Below are positions 39,474-52,731 of a stretch of 64,000 nt of DNA, piece after piece. Under the pieces are notes generated by a model. It was not told the origin of the DNA and did not search any database. It was given only the letters and a program-made list of their open reading frames with translations. The translations under genes were made by a program, and so were the position numbers. The first letter of the stretch is position 1. Each line of letters begins with the position of its first letter. Origin of the DNA: Octopus sinensis (Eukaryota); the NCBI RefSeq assembly GCF_006345805.1, contig NC_042999.1, positions 110,670,001 to 110,734,000 on the forward strand, in the 5' to 3' direction.

Positions 39474-40842
39474 GTATGTATACCCTGGATGAATTCATAT
39501 GTAACTGTATCAACAGAATACAGTCAAATCCTACATCTTAAAACGTCTATGCAGCAGAAACATATAACATGAAAATATTATGATTAATACAGTAATAAAC
39601 AAGTTTTCGGGAATGTATAATTCTCCATTCTTATTTATAATGTCCTGAGTATATATGTGTATGTAAGTGTGTGTGAATGTGAATGAATGAAAGGATATGT
39701 GCGTGTGTGTGTATGTGTATGCGCGCGCTACGAAGCACAGAATATGATTTCCTAGAAGCAAAGGCGATGAGAGCTATAGATAGGTAACCGTCATCTGACA
39801 TGATCCAAGCATAAATTTCAAAACTATTCATCGACCAAAACAAAAGTTTACTTCATATATATTTATATATAGTAACATTCGACGAATATTTTTACTGTAA
39901 ATTTCATTCTCAAATTCTTTCCTACAAAATGTTAAATTTCCTAGGACAAGTATTCATTTACAAGATTAGCACCAGTTCAAAGTTCAAACCAGCATCTTTA
40001 AAAGATCTATTCCTACCCAGAAATTCTATTCTAGAAAAATGTGTATCGATTTCTGTAGAACACACACACGCACGCGCGTATTGATGTTTGTTTTAATGTA
40101 AAGTGATAATAAAAACAACTTTACATTAACCTGCAGCATTACTCAATACTTTTGTGAAATATAAGTTCATTATTTTTGGACAAGAATAGTACTGACAGTG
40201 ACCTCTAAGTTAATGTATGTATGTATGTATGCATGTATTATGTATATGTGTATATGTGCGTGTGTATAATAATAATGATGATGATGGAGTGAAAACAAGT
40301 AATATTTTGAAACCATTTATTTCGTGCGTTTCATATTGTTGCTTAACATATAATGTGAAATACATCCCTTACACAAGATCTTCCTCAGTTAATACATTTC
40401 AAAATATATTTTGAAATACATTAACTGAGAATGATTTCATATTACACATCACGCAATGATGAGATACGCACTTATTAAATGCTCGCAAAATAATTATTCG
40501 GTTCTACTTCATTATTATAAATGACACGACATGATACAAGTACCAACTAATTAGTTCTGACTTCATTTACGTGGATACTCTAATATGGATTTGTAGTAGT
40601 TTGTTTCATTAGACTCGAGCCAATAGAGCAAACTACTACAAATGTGAGTGTATATATATATATTTTTATATACGCACATATATGTATATGGGTGTGTGTG
40701 TGTGCGTCCATACATACATATATATACATATAAGAAAGAAATGTGTATACAGAACTTTCCATTCTTCACTTTTTATATATATATATATACATACCTATAT
40801 ATATATACATACATATATATATATTATATATATATATATATA

Positions 40843-40902
<60 letters not shown>

Positions 40903-41036
40903 ATATATACATACATATACACATATACATATATACATATATGCGAGAAGAAAATGAAATGGATGTAAATAACAAGCAGAAACTCGTCGTTTTCGCTGGT
41001 ATGCCTTTAATTTAATTTATTAACAAAGAAGATGTA

Positions 41037-41078
<42 letters not shown>

Positions 41079-41088
41079 ATATATACAT

Positions 41089-41290
41089 AAAGTTAATCCA
41101 AACATGAAAACACAAAGAGAAATCACAACAACGCGAGGACGTTGAACAAGTCTAGTATTATTGGACGCCCAGGAAAGAAGGAAAGAAGGAGGGTTTAACG
41201 TCTCGAGCGGAGCACTTCATCAGAAACATAGAAAAAGGAAAGATCCAAAGAAGGGAAGACGGAGGAAGCGGCCATAACAGAGGCCTTAGG
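41089..41290 (-). mobile_element. PLE pseudo-LTR-like repeat, family P1, decayed hammerhead
   Basis: Minus strand GTTT-CTGATGA-A-GTGCTCCGCTC-GAGA-CGTT-AAAC; 3' end abuts (TA)n. Confidence 0.75.
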
Positions 41291-41469
41291 GTTTTACTCG
41301 AAGAAATCGACCCCAGGACTTATTCTTTGTAAGTCTAGTACTTATTCTCTCGGTCTCTTTTGCCGAACCACTAAATTATGGGGACGTAAACACAACAGCA
41401 TCGGTTGTCAAGCGATAGTGGGGGAGACGGGCAAACACTGACACTAAGACACACACTCACACAAATATG

Positions 41470-41501
<32 letters not shown>

Positions 41502-41784
41502 TATATATACATATATATATACACACACACAACGGGTTTCTTTCAGTTTCCGTCTACTAAATCCACTCACAAGACCCGAGTCTATTGTGGAAGTCACTTG
41601 CCCAATGTAACTCGCAGTGGCACTGAACCCGGAACAACGTGATTGGAAAGCAAGCTTCTTACTATACAACCACGCTAGCGCCTATACATACATACATACA
41701 TACATACATACATACATACATACATACATACATACATACATACACATCCAAGCATATACACATGCATACATACATAATACAAAT

Positions 41785-42050
41785 ACATCCCGTGATCACG
41801 TGATCGACCAGACCATCTGATATTGTTATACATCGCTGGTCACAATTCGCTTTGCCTTGGCTTTAGCTTTCGAATCATATTACTCCGCTGGCTAGGTGAG
41901 CTGGCCAATTCCACCCCCGCCCACGATGGGAGAGTTAGTCCGTTGAAGGGTTACCTATTTACAGCTGTTACAGCTGAGTGCTTTGCTCAAGAACCTAAAG
42001 CATCGCTCGTGAATGCAACATCTTCATCACTTGACCACGCGCTTTCGCGA
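41785..42050 (-). mobile_element. Probable SINE-like repeat (unassigned)
   Basis: CpG-rich; contains CORE-like GTTCTTGAGCAAAGCAC on the minus strand; flanked by (CATA)n. Confidence 0.45.
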
Positions 42051-42607
42051 GCGACGCGCACACACACGTAATTATGCAATATACGACTGTATGCATGTAT
42101 GTATGTTTGTATGCATGCATGTATGTATAAATGTATGCATCTATGAATGTATGTATTCATGCCTGTATGTATGTATCTATATATGTATATATGTATGTAT
42201 GCATGCATGCACGTATGTATGTATATTTGTTTGTGTGTATATTTGTGTGTGCACTTATGTATGTGTATAATATTAAAGAGGTGCCAAGTTGTCTGACACT
42301 ACATATTATGTATTCCTAGCAAGTAAAAATCTATCGACCAAATCTAATAACATATTTGAGAATATGGTGCTATTTGTAGATTAGTCGTATTTTATACAGA
42401 ACAGCAATTCTTAGGTCTTTGGCAATAGCGAAAACGTAATTTTATAGAAGGGTTTTGATCAAGAACTTCTTGGAAGCATCAGATTGCTCCAAAACAATCA
42501 ACTGAAGATAATCGTATACTTTTCGTACCCAAATAAATTCCTAGATTATTTTGAAGTCTATGGAGAGCTATAAAATTTATTTCTTTTGAAATTGTATATA
42601 AATATCG

Positions 42608-42690
42608 CGTGTGTATCGTTGGCGATTCTCTTTCTCCGTGTTCCATTCCTTGGACCTTTCCTATTCTATGTTTCTGACGAAGAGCTCTAA
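42608..42690 (+). mobile_element. Family P1 fragment, truncated inside hammerhead stem II
   Basis: ..CCTATTCTATGTTTCTGACGAAGAGCTCT, after which homology stops. Confidence 0.65.
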
Positions 42691-42744
42691 AGTGTCAACC
42701 CTGCACATAGCTGGTGAAATTAGAGATAAAGCAGCAATAACAAC

Positions 42745-42971
42745 AATAATAATCCTTTCTACTATGGGCACAAGGCCTGAAATTTTGTGGAGAGGGGGCC
42801 AGTCGATTAGATCGGCCCCAGTACACAACTGGTACTTAATTTATCGACCCCGAAAGGATGAAAGATAAAGTCAACCTGGGCGGAATTTGAACTGAGAACG
42901 TAACGACGGGCGAAATACCACTAAGCATTTCGTCTAGCGTGCAAACGATTCTGCCAGCTCGCCGCCTTCAC

Positions 42972-43019
<48 letters not shown>

Positions 43020-43432
43020 TCAAAATTTTGGCATAAGGCCAGCAATTCGAGGGAAGGAGATAAGTTGATTACATCGTCCCCAGTGCGTAAGTGGCACTTA
43101 TTTCACCGTCCCCGAAAGGATGAAAGGCAAAGTTGACCTTGGCAGAGTTTGAACGCAAAGACAGAGAAAGCACCGCTAAGCATTTTGCCTAGCCAGCTAA
43201 CGACTCTGCCAGTTCGCCACCTTTATTAATTTTAAATTTTGGCACAAGGTCAGCAAGTTTGGAAGAGGTGATAAGTCGATCACATCGATCTGAGCGCTTA
43301 AATTGCTACTTATTTTATTAACCCCGAAAGATCGACTTCAGTGGCATTTGAACTCACAACGCAAAGACGGACGAAATGCCACTAAGTATTTTGTCCGGCG
43401 TACTAAAGATTCTACCACCTCAGTGCATTAAC
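42745..43432 (-). mobile_element. Three head-to-tail SINE family A copies
   Basis: Copies at ~42745-42968, 43020-43225 and 43235-43432 in the same orientation, with (AAT)n between or after them. Confidence 0.85.
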
Positions 43433-43442
43433 AACAACAACA

Positions 43443-43481
<39 letters not shown>

Positions 43482-43511
43482 GCAACAACAACAACAATAA
43501 TAATGATGATG

Positions 43512-43865
43512 ATCCATTGGGAGCTTTGTGAAAATTATGGCCGAGAAAGATCAAAAACATGGTATGACCAAAACCCAAAGAGAGTTACTGAGAATGAGGT
43601 TTACAAAATCCTGTGAGATGCAATGATTCAATGTCACCATCAGATTAGACATCGGAAACTTGACATTGTTGTGGTGAACAGAAAATAAACAAAAACATGC
43701 TTGATCATCGACATAGCATGTCCTCGTGACAACAGGATCAAAGAGAAAGAAGAAGAAAAAGTGAACAACCGTGATGACTTGAAGTGGGAAATACGCAACT
43801 TGTGGGCAATGAAGTAAGTGGGCGGGAAGCCAATAGACGCGCTTGGAAGTATAAGCACTCAACTA
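43512..43865 (+). mobile_element. R4/Dong-like LINE fragment: REL endonuclease C-terminus
   Basis: IHWELC..WY..P..VTENE..KIL*D..IQCHHQIRHRKLDIVVV..CLIIDIACPRDNRIKEKEEEK..DLKWEI..LW..DALG. Confidence 0.85.
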
Positions 43866-43889
43866 CCAGCATAGCTCAAAAAAGATTGA

Positions 43890-44056
43890 TACAGGAGTGG
43901 CTGTGTAGTAAGTAGCTTGCTTACCGACCACATGGTTCCGGGTTCAGTCCCACTGCGTGGCACCTTGGGCGTCTTCTAACTATAGCCTCGGGCCAACCAA
44001 AATCTTGTGGGTGGATTTGGTAGACGGAAAATGAAAAGAAGCCCGTCGTATATATG

Positions 44057-44101
<45 letters not shown>

Positions 44102-44305
44102 CTGTGTTTGTCCCCCAACATCGCTTGACAACCGATGCTGGTGTGTTTACGTCCCCGTAACTTAGCAGTTCGGCAAAAGAGACCAATAATATAAGTACTA
44201 GGCTTACAAAGAATAAGTCCTGGGGCCGATTATGCTCGACTAAAGGCGGTGCTCCAGCATGGCCACAGTCAAATGACTGAAACAAGTAAAAGAGTAAAAG
44301 AAATG
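43890..44305 (+). mobile_element. SINE family B, full-length reference copy
   Basis: AGGAGTGGCTGTGTAGTAAG (A-box), GGGTTCAGTCCC (B-box), CACCTTGGGC (CORE-like), internal (TA)(TG), tail ..GACTGAAACAAGTAAAAGAG. Confidence 0.9.
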
Positions 44306-44798
44306 TAAAGATAGAACACGTACAAGATCCATGATTGCTTGGAATTGTAAGAGTCCTCCGCTAGGTTCTTGAAGCATGATCAGTTAACAAGTGTCACCAT
44401 AGTTTGCTGGTTGTGGGCAGCTGACATTTTCCATCATATCCTGCAATAACAACAGCAACAGCAATATATACATATATAGATCTATATTACATATGTATTT
44501 CTTTTCTTCATTGCCGTCTGTGCGTGCTTTCAATTGTGATTTCTGGGATTCAGTATGGCTTATTTGTCAGTTCTGCTTTGACCTAGAATACCACTTTTCG
44601 GGTCACCAGCTTGATGGTTGCACACGCGGGTAACGAAATATATACATATATCTCTATAAATTGTGACTATATTCTCCACATATCATTCAAATGTATCTCT
44701 TCATGGTATTTCCTTCGTATGTATTTTCATTCAGAAAATCATTATTTCATTTTAAGACATATAGTACCATACTTTATGTCTCCTACTTATAGTTCAGT

Positions 44799-45030
44799 TT
44801 AACGCTTTAGTATTTAACCAGGCCATATCTGGCCCAAATATTCTACCTGTTTTATATTCAAACTGGCCAGATCTGGCCTCTCACATCATCCCTAGAATAT
44901 CCTTCTAAAAATTAAGCTACCGCATCAAAATCTCAAAAGCTACAAGATAATGCAAAATTTATTCAAAACATGTGAATAAAGAAGCATTACTTTGGTCGGG
45001 ACAATGTTAATGAATGCTAATGGCGTAATA
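44799..45030. mobile_element. piggyBac-like MITE
   Basis: TTAACGCTTTAG start and GCTAATGGCGTAA end (decayed TTAA-type termini); homologous to 3745. Confidence 0.5.
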
Positions 45031-45351
45031 AGTGATATCGTTTACATCTGAATTGAACGACTTCATTAGGGTATCGTTTTCTTTCTATTTCTTTTTACAG
45101 AAGTATTACATGCAACTGTTTTTGTAAAAATGAATAATAAAGAGCATTACACACACACACACACCCTCACACATACACACGGGCGCACGCACACACACAC
45201 ACTCACACACACACGTATATATATACATGCGTGTGCATAAGGTATGAAATGGTAATAATGTTTTGAACGATAACTGACGAGGAAAGAATGTGTCCATGTC
45301 GTGTGGGAATTTGTGTTCGTTCCTTGTCGTGCTTCATTTTAATTTTTGAAA

Positions 45352-45560
45352 GGCGGCGAGCTGGCAGAATCGTTAGCACGCCGGGCGAAGTGCGTAGCCG
45401 TATTTTCGTCTGCCGTTACGTTCTGAGTTCAAATTCCGCTGAGGTCGACTTTGCTTTTCATCCTTTCGGAGTCGATAAATTAAGTACCGGTGAAACATTG
45501 GGGTCGATGTAATTGACTTACCCCTCCCCCAAATTTCAGGCCTTGTGCCTATAGTAGAAA
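45352..45560 (+). mobile_element. SINE family A
   Basis: GGCGGCGAGCTGGCAGAATCGTTAGCACGCCGGGCG consensus. Confidence 0.9.
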
Positions 45561-46359
45561 GGATTTTAATTTTTGAAACTTGTCACACACCAATTTTATT
45601 CTGTGTATGTGTGTATCTCCTGGTGTGTATATATATATATATATATATACATATATATGTATTTATGTATTTATGTATGCATGTGGGTGTATGTGTGCGT
45701 GGATATGCGTGTTCGCGTGCATGCTTTGTGAATTGAAATAAAAGAGACTCATGCAAAACAAAAACAAAAACATATTTAAAACATCATAAAACAGATAAGT
45801 GAGAAGAAAATGAAGGTGAGTGACGCAGATGAAAGAGATTTGAAGCTGACGAATGATTTGCTATGTGGTGAATGAGATGACAAGGATCTTACTGACTTAC
45901 ATGCAAGGCCACATTCTGTACGGATGTGTGTTCAGGATGGTCAGAGCGGCTTTGCGGTCTCATGTGAGTATGTGCTTGCTTGTTGGTTGAAACATGAGTC
46001 TAATATTTGATTTACACACAAGTCTACAGATGTCGCAATAACATGCTTTCACTAAAGCAGTTTGAATGGATTGTGCTTCGCAGAACACATTGTATTTTAT
46101 GGCTTCACAGATTGTAAGAATCCTCATAGGCTTCTGCAGAGTTTTCTCATTCAAATGTATACATATCTTTGTATATGTATGTATGAATGTCTATATGTAT
46201 ATAAATATATATACGTTTATGTATGTATGTATGTATGTATGTATGTATGTATGTATGTATGTATGTATGTATGTATGTATCTATCTATCTATCTATCTTT
46301 ATCTCTCTTTATTATATGTGTATATATTTCTGGACCCAGGAAAAGGAGACTTGTAATGC

Positions 46360-46429
<70 letters not shown>

Positions 46430-47734
46430 CACATACATGCATACACACATACATAAACATATATATATATGCTTATATATACATATATATTTATGTATAT
46501 ATATGTGTGTGTGTATATATATATATATACACATATATATATATATGCTTATAAATATACATATATATATATGCTTATAAATATACATATATACACATGC
46601 ATGTATATATGCATACATACATACATACATACATACATACATACATACATACATACATACATACATACATACATACATACATACATGTATACGTGGTTTG
46701 TCTTACAGAGAGAACACGCGAAAAGAGATACGTACACATGGACATATATAAACATACTCAGACACATATACATACGCAACTATAGCATACAGGCAACTAA
46801 TAAACCAAATAAGAAACGTCGACTTGATCACAATAAAGAAAGTCTTACAAGAAAAACGGTGTTTAGTATCATCTGATGTGATTATTGCTGGAGATATCAC
46901 ACGTCTTCATATCTTTGTATCATTGTAGAAAAAGGTGTGAAATTAAAGAAACAATATATTATCAGTGAAAATATGGTACCAGGTTCAAGCTAAGCATTTG
47001 TAACGTGATGCCACTCCATTCTGTCATTAATTACAACACAAGCGTCGCACTGCTTCGAATGCTTGTAATTTATGAAGAGTCTGAATAAATTAGAAGTTGT
47101 ATGATATGCATAGTGATATGCAAGTGTGTTTGTGTGTACGCAATAATTTAATACACATACATATATATGTATGTATATGTGTGTATGTGTGTGTGCGTGC
47201 GAAATGCATTGAAGACATTTTGAGACTTTTTAAGAGAGGCAGTTATAAATGTCCTAGATCATTGTAATTTTAATATATCATTACAATACTGTATTCCGAT
47301 ATTCTTTTATTCTTTTAACTTGTTCCAGTCATTTGACTGCGATCATGCTGGAGCACGACCTTTTTAGTCGAACAAATTGACCTCAGGACTTATTCTTTGT
47401 AAGCCTAGTACTTATTGCATCGGTTTCTTTTTGCCGAACTACTAAGTTATTGAGAACGTAAACAAACCAGCATCGGTTGTCAAGCAATGGTGGGAGAACA
47501 AACACACACACAAACACACACACACACACACACACATACATACGACGCGCTTCTTTCAGTTTCCATCTACCAAATCCACTCTCAAGGCTTTGGTCGGCTC
47601 GAGGCTATGGTAGAAGACACTTGCTCGAGGTGCTATGCAGCGAGACTGAACCCGGAACCATGTGGTTGGTAAGCAAGCTACTTACCACACAGCCACTTCT
47701 GTGCCTGTCAACTTTTGTTATTCGAGATTGTAAC

Positions 47735-48135
47735 TGCACTTTGTTACAAAGCTGCAACTGCACTTTGAACACTCCCTATAAAACACTGCTTGTCATAAGC
47801 TGACTAATTTGCAGAATGCAGTCGAGACGTGAAGACAATTTCGATGCTTGCTATGGTAATGAAGTTTTGCGTTAAACTGGGGAAAAACGCTATAGAAACT
47901 TATGAACTACTCTTGACTATTTATGGATTAACTTGTATGAGTCGAGGTTCTGTAACTCGCTGGCACAAAAAGCAAAGCAAAGTAAGTCCACCAGGAAGCT
48001 CCTAGTGATCCTCTTATTCAACAACAAAAACGTCATCTACATCCAATGGGTTCCCTCTAGTCAGACGGTCAACAAAGAGTACCCTGTGAATGTTTTGAGG
48101 GAATTGAGGAAGAGATTTCATTATGCAACTGAATA
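47735..48135 (+). mobile_element. Internally deleted mariner derivative, copy 1
   Basis: KFCVKLGKNAIETYELL..TRWH joined directly to KAKQSKS..IQWVPSSQTVNKEY..VLRELR. Confidence 0.75.
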
Positions 48136-48164
48136 GTGTATACAACAATTTCTGTCATATTTCA

Positions 48165-48199
<35 letters not shown>

Positions 48200-48203
<4 letters not shown>

Positions 48204-48577
48204 GAGCAAAACGCCCCCGTCCAATGGACGGTGCTGAGTTGTCAAACATTTGAACCTAATTTTCTCAAAACAACTCGTCCGACCGTCCCATTTTGTGGCA
48301 TTATTTCAAGGCAGCCGGCTTTTTTTGCGCAAACTGTACGTGCATTTTTCTCGCGTACGTGTAGTATCGATCGCAACAGCTGATGTACTTGCGCGTACAA
48401 ATGCACGTTCCCACGGCTTTATCGATCGCATTCTCACCTGGAATCGATTTTTGTAATTTTTTCAAGACTTCTACACGCCCTGATACCGCCGGTATCTACA
48501 TATCAAGTTTGAGCACAATCGGATGGAGGATGCCCGAGATCCTAGAAGACACACACAGAGACAGACAGAACGGATTT

Positions 48578-48590
<13 letters not shown>
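48200..48590. mobile_element. HINE/DINE-1-like element, copy 2
   Basis: Homologous to 15845-16225; flanked by (TA)n. Confidence 0.55.
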
Positions 48591-48636
<46 letters not shown>

Positions 48637-48664
48637 ATATATATATATTTCAAAAATTTTTAGA

Positions 48665-48995
48665 TTCTTTAAGGAGAGGCTGTAACAGCACTTTGAGCGC
48701 ACCCTGTAAAACACTGGTTGTCATTGGTGACTGGTTTGTAGAATGTAGTCAAGACGTGAAGACAGTTTCGATGCTTGCTATGTAATAGTTTTTTGTTAAA
48801 CTGAAAAAAGATATAAAAATAAAAACGCTATAGAAACTTATGAATTACTCTTGACTGCTTATGGATTAACTTGTATGAGCTGAGAATCTGTTATTCGCTG
48901 GTACAAGAAGGCCAGGGAAAGCAAGTCTGTCAGGAAGCTCATGATGGTCCTCTTATTTAACAGCATGGGTACCATCTACATCAGTGGTTCCCAAA
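48665..48995 (+). mobile_element. Internally deleted mariner derivative, copy 2
   Basis: Same upstream sequence and same deletion junction (TRWY-KKARESK) as copy 1. Confidence 0.7.
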
Positions 48996-50040
48996 CTTAA
49001 ACAGATCCACCAACGCGACTTACCGTCAATCGAATTAGAGATAAGTCTGAAATCAATGGAACTGTTCAGGATGTCCAAAAGAAGTGTTCCCGAAAACCAC
49101 CAGCATTGACAACCCCAACAAAGCATGGAGCGCTGGAAAGGTATCACCAAAGTCCAAGAAAATCTGTGCGGCAAGCGCGTCGTTGGGTTGGTATTTCAAA
49201 GTTGTCTGTCCAACGCATTTTGAAGCATTGTCAATAGAAAAGTTATATTTCAAGATTAGTCGAAGCTGTTCGACTAATGACGATGATCTAGACCGAAAAT
49301 TGCAGTATTGCGAGTGGTACTTGGCACGATGTGTAGAAGATTGTGTGGAGTGATTAGGCCACATTCAAATTAAATGATTCAATTAACTGCCACAATTGCA
49401 CCTACTGGGGACCTGAGAATCTACATGTTATGGTAGAACATGATGTTAATTATCCAGGTGTTACAGTATGGTGTGATTTATCATCAAGAGGATCGACTGG
49501 ACCATTCTTTTTAGACACTACTGTGACTGGTCCCGTTTACTTGAACTTGCTGCAACAGTCTTTCATGACAAGCATTAGAGAAGACTTAGAAGATGAGGAC
49601 TTATATTTTCAACAAGATGGTGCACCCCCACACTACCATCGCGATTTTTGATCCTTCCTTGTCAAACAGGTGAATTGGACGAAGGGGTTTTGTTGAATAC
49701 TTTCCGCGTTCATCAGACCTCACACCACTAACTTTTTTTATGGGGATACCTAAAAGACAAAGTCTACGCTAAGAAACCTGCACTAGTTGCTGATTTGAGA
49801 TCAGCTATTGAACGAGAATGCACACAAATGCCAAACGAATTCTATCATAATGTTTGCGATTCCATTGCTTCGCGTTGTCAGCAGTGCCTGAACCAGAACG
49901 GACGTCGGTTTGAAAACAGGCATTGTCAAAACAATAAAATAATGTCTGTAGATTCTATTAAATTTGAAAATGAAATGTATTTTAATAAACATCTTCTTTA
50001 CAATAATTTAAAGTGTGTATGCATTTTTTGGGACTCTCTC
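48996..50040 (+). mobile_element. Tc1/mariner transposon, rosa/Visitor (DD41D)-like, 5'-truncated and decayed
   Basis: PTRLTVNRIRDK; HNCTYWG; VTVWC..GPFF..TVTG..YL; [10 protein letters not shown]; FLWGYLKDKVY; NGRRFE. 3' TIR-like TGTATGCATTTTTTGGGAC near 50015-35. Confidence 0.85.
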
Positions 50041-50077
50041 TCTCTCTCTCTCTCTCCCTCTCTGTATATATATATAT

Positions 50078-50300
50078 AAAGTTAATCCAAACATGAAAAC
50101 ACAAAGAGAAAACACAACAACGCGAGGACGTGGAGCAAATATAGTATTATTGGACGCTCAGGAAGGAAGGAAGATGGAAGGTTTAACGTTTCGAGTGGTG
50201 CTCTTCGTCAGAAATATAGGAAAAGGAAAGATCCAGAGAAAGGAAGACGGAGGAAAAAAAATCGCCAACGGTACACACGCGGTCACATTTTGAATGACCG
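50078..50300 (-). mobile_element. PLE pseudo-LTR-like repeat, family P1
   Basis: Best-preserved P1 copy; 3' end GGATTAACTTT runs into (TA)n. Confidence 0.8.
50181..50214 (-). ncRNA. Minimal type I hammerhead ribozyme, intact core
   Basis: TTT-CTGACGA-A-GAG(CACCA)CTC-GAAA-CG-TT, predicted cut between 50185 and 50184, then AAAC; palindromic AACGTT stem III. Confidence 0.75.
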
Positions 50301-50608
50301 GAAGGAAATGGGTGAAGAAAAGTTCTTTCAAAGACAATATATATATATATATATATACACATACACATACATATATATTATGTATGTATTTGTATGCATT
50401 CTGTATTTTATTTTGTACTCTTTTAATGGTCTCTGTCCTTGGACTTCAGGGAGCCTGTCAAGGGTTTTTTTAAAAATCGATAATGGTATATAAACACAGA
50501 CATTAACATATAAACACTAACATTTATTTCACTGTGGTTCTTACCTTATTGCTCCATATTTGTTGAATATTTAACCTATGTTTTATGTAAGTACATTTCT
50601 ACTCACTA

Positions 50609-50650
<42 letters not shown>

Positions 50651-50759
50651 ATGATATGAATATATATATGTATTTGCATATTAACATACTCTCATATAAA
50701 TATTTGTGCAAATATGTTTTATGAATCTAAGTAATACCAACTAAATTATAGACTTGAAA

Positions 50760-51367
50760 TGAATAAAAATTTTACATTTCACTTTTTGCATTCACTTTTT
50801 GTAATAATATTCATAGTAAATAAAACAGTTAATTTTTTTTATATAAAAACTTGTAAAAATTTGGAATATATAATAAATTTTATGACATTTATACAGATGT
50901 TTGAATATTAATTGATATAATAAATGTTGATATAAAGAAGTTTTACCATAAAAAAGTATTGTAATGAATAAAAAAAATGTAATGGGCAAGTTTAGATAAA
51001 TTGTCTAATGATAGACAATTTATATGAATATTTTATATAACAAGTTGATTTTTAATATTTTATTATCAAATTGTTCATTTAAAAAAGCTTATGAAAATAG
51101 TTTATTAAAAATTAACTTTAAAAAATTAGCTTAAACATAAAAAGATTATTTTGTCAGCTTAAAAAGATTATAATAAACAGTGTAGATTTAATAGTTAAAA
51201 GATAAACCATTATACAGATATTTTATATAAAATTTCTCTTATTAAAATTTTATAAAATTTTATAAAAGGTTTAAATTGAAAAATACTTTAGTAAAATTTA
51301 TTTAATTAAATGATGTATAAGATTTTTTTAAATGAAGTATATATATTATATATATATATACATATAT

Positions 51368-51465
<98 letters not shown>

Positions 51466-51625
51466 TATATATGAAAATACTATATGTAAAAATGTTTATA
51501 TATAAAAAGTTTATGCTGAAAAAGTTTAAATAAAAGGATTTATTATAAAAGAAGTTATATAAAAGCGTTTTAATAAAAACTCTTATATATGTATTTAGAA
51601 GCCCATATAAAAATGTTTAGATAAA

Positions 51626-51664
<39 letters not shown>

Positions 51665-51768
51665 CTTATATATAAAGTATAAATAAACGTTTTTATATAT
51701 TTACATAAAAATGCTTAAATAAAAAAGTTTATGTATTTATATAAATGTGCATGTATGTGTGTGTATAT

Positions 51769-51817
<49 letters not shown>

Positions 51818-51849
51818 GTGTGTATACAGAGATATGTATATATGCATGT

Positions 51850-51882
<33 letters not shown>

Positions 51883-52000
51883 AAGTTTAAATAAAAACGT
51901 TTATGTATTTATATAATAAGTTTTATACAAATAAAAATGTTTCTAGAAAAAAGTTTATATATTAGTTGGGAAAGAAAAGAATTAATCTAACAAACTTTCA
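50760..52000. repeat. Decayed AT-rich minisatellite, unit about ATAAAAAGTTTAT (~15-17 bp)
   Basis: Recurrent ATAAAAA(G/T/C)(G)TTT motif, clearest at 51460-51980; very few C/G. Confidence 0.55.
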
Positions 52001-52731
52001 AAAAACTTTATTTGAAGACAAAAAAAAACCCAAAAAACAATCTACATTTATATTTATATTTTCTTGGAAAGACATTTATGACTTCAAAGAGGAGGAATTC
52101 CGTACTATATGCTTTGTTAGATTTTGTTGGCTGCAATAATACCTGTTCCTTGCCAAATGTATGTAAACGTAGCCAAAAAGAATATATTCAGCAAAAGCTA
52201 AATATCTCCAAATAAATGGTAATTCTATGTAAGTTCTGAATTCGTGTTATTTGAATTACTTTTTTGTATTTTTTATATAAATGTGTGTGTGTGTGTGCAA
52301 GTGTGTATTTCAAAGATATTCTTTTTATATCTGTATAAAAAAAAATGCATTTTCTAAAGTGCAAAGCCAATCATACAACAGACGTTTGTAAGATCTATAG
52401 TTTTTGCAGAGATTGACTCCTGCAATGCTTGATTTAATATGGATAGGAACATTCCTCAGCTGAAGGACTGCTAAATTTGAAATGTTGTGGTGTAGTTTGT
52501 TGTATTCTTGGACAATACTATTCATTCAACCAATCCATCTCTCATGAAAGAAAAGAAACATAGCTAAAAAAGCTGACACTGTGCTGAAACAGATTAGTTT
52601 AAGATTCTTAGACTTAATCCTTTTCATATTAATCTAACCCTGGTCCCCAGATACAAATTTACCAATGTTCTGTTTTAAATTGTTCATATTTAAATTAATC
52701 CTTTCCATTATAATTCTATACAAGACTATCT

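Noticed and set aside
50760-52000. Mitochondrial insertion (NUMT)
   Set aside because: AT-rich, but no mitochondrial gene or tRNA motif seen; better explained as a decayed minisatellite.
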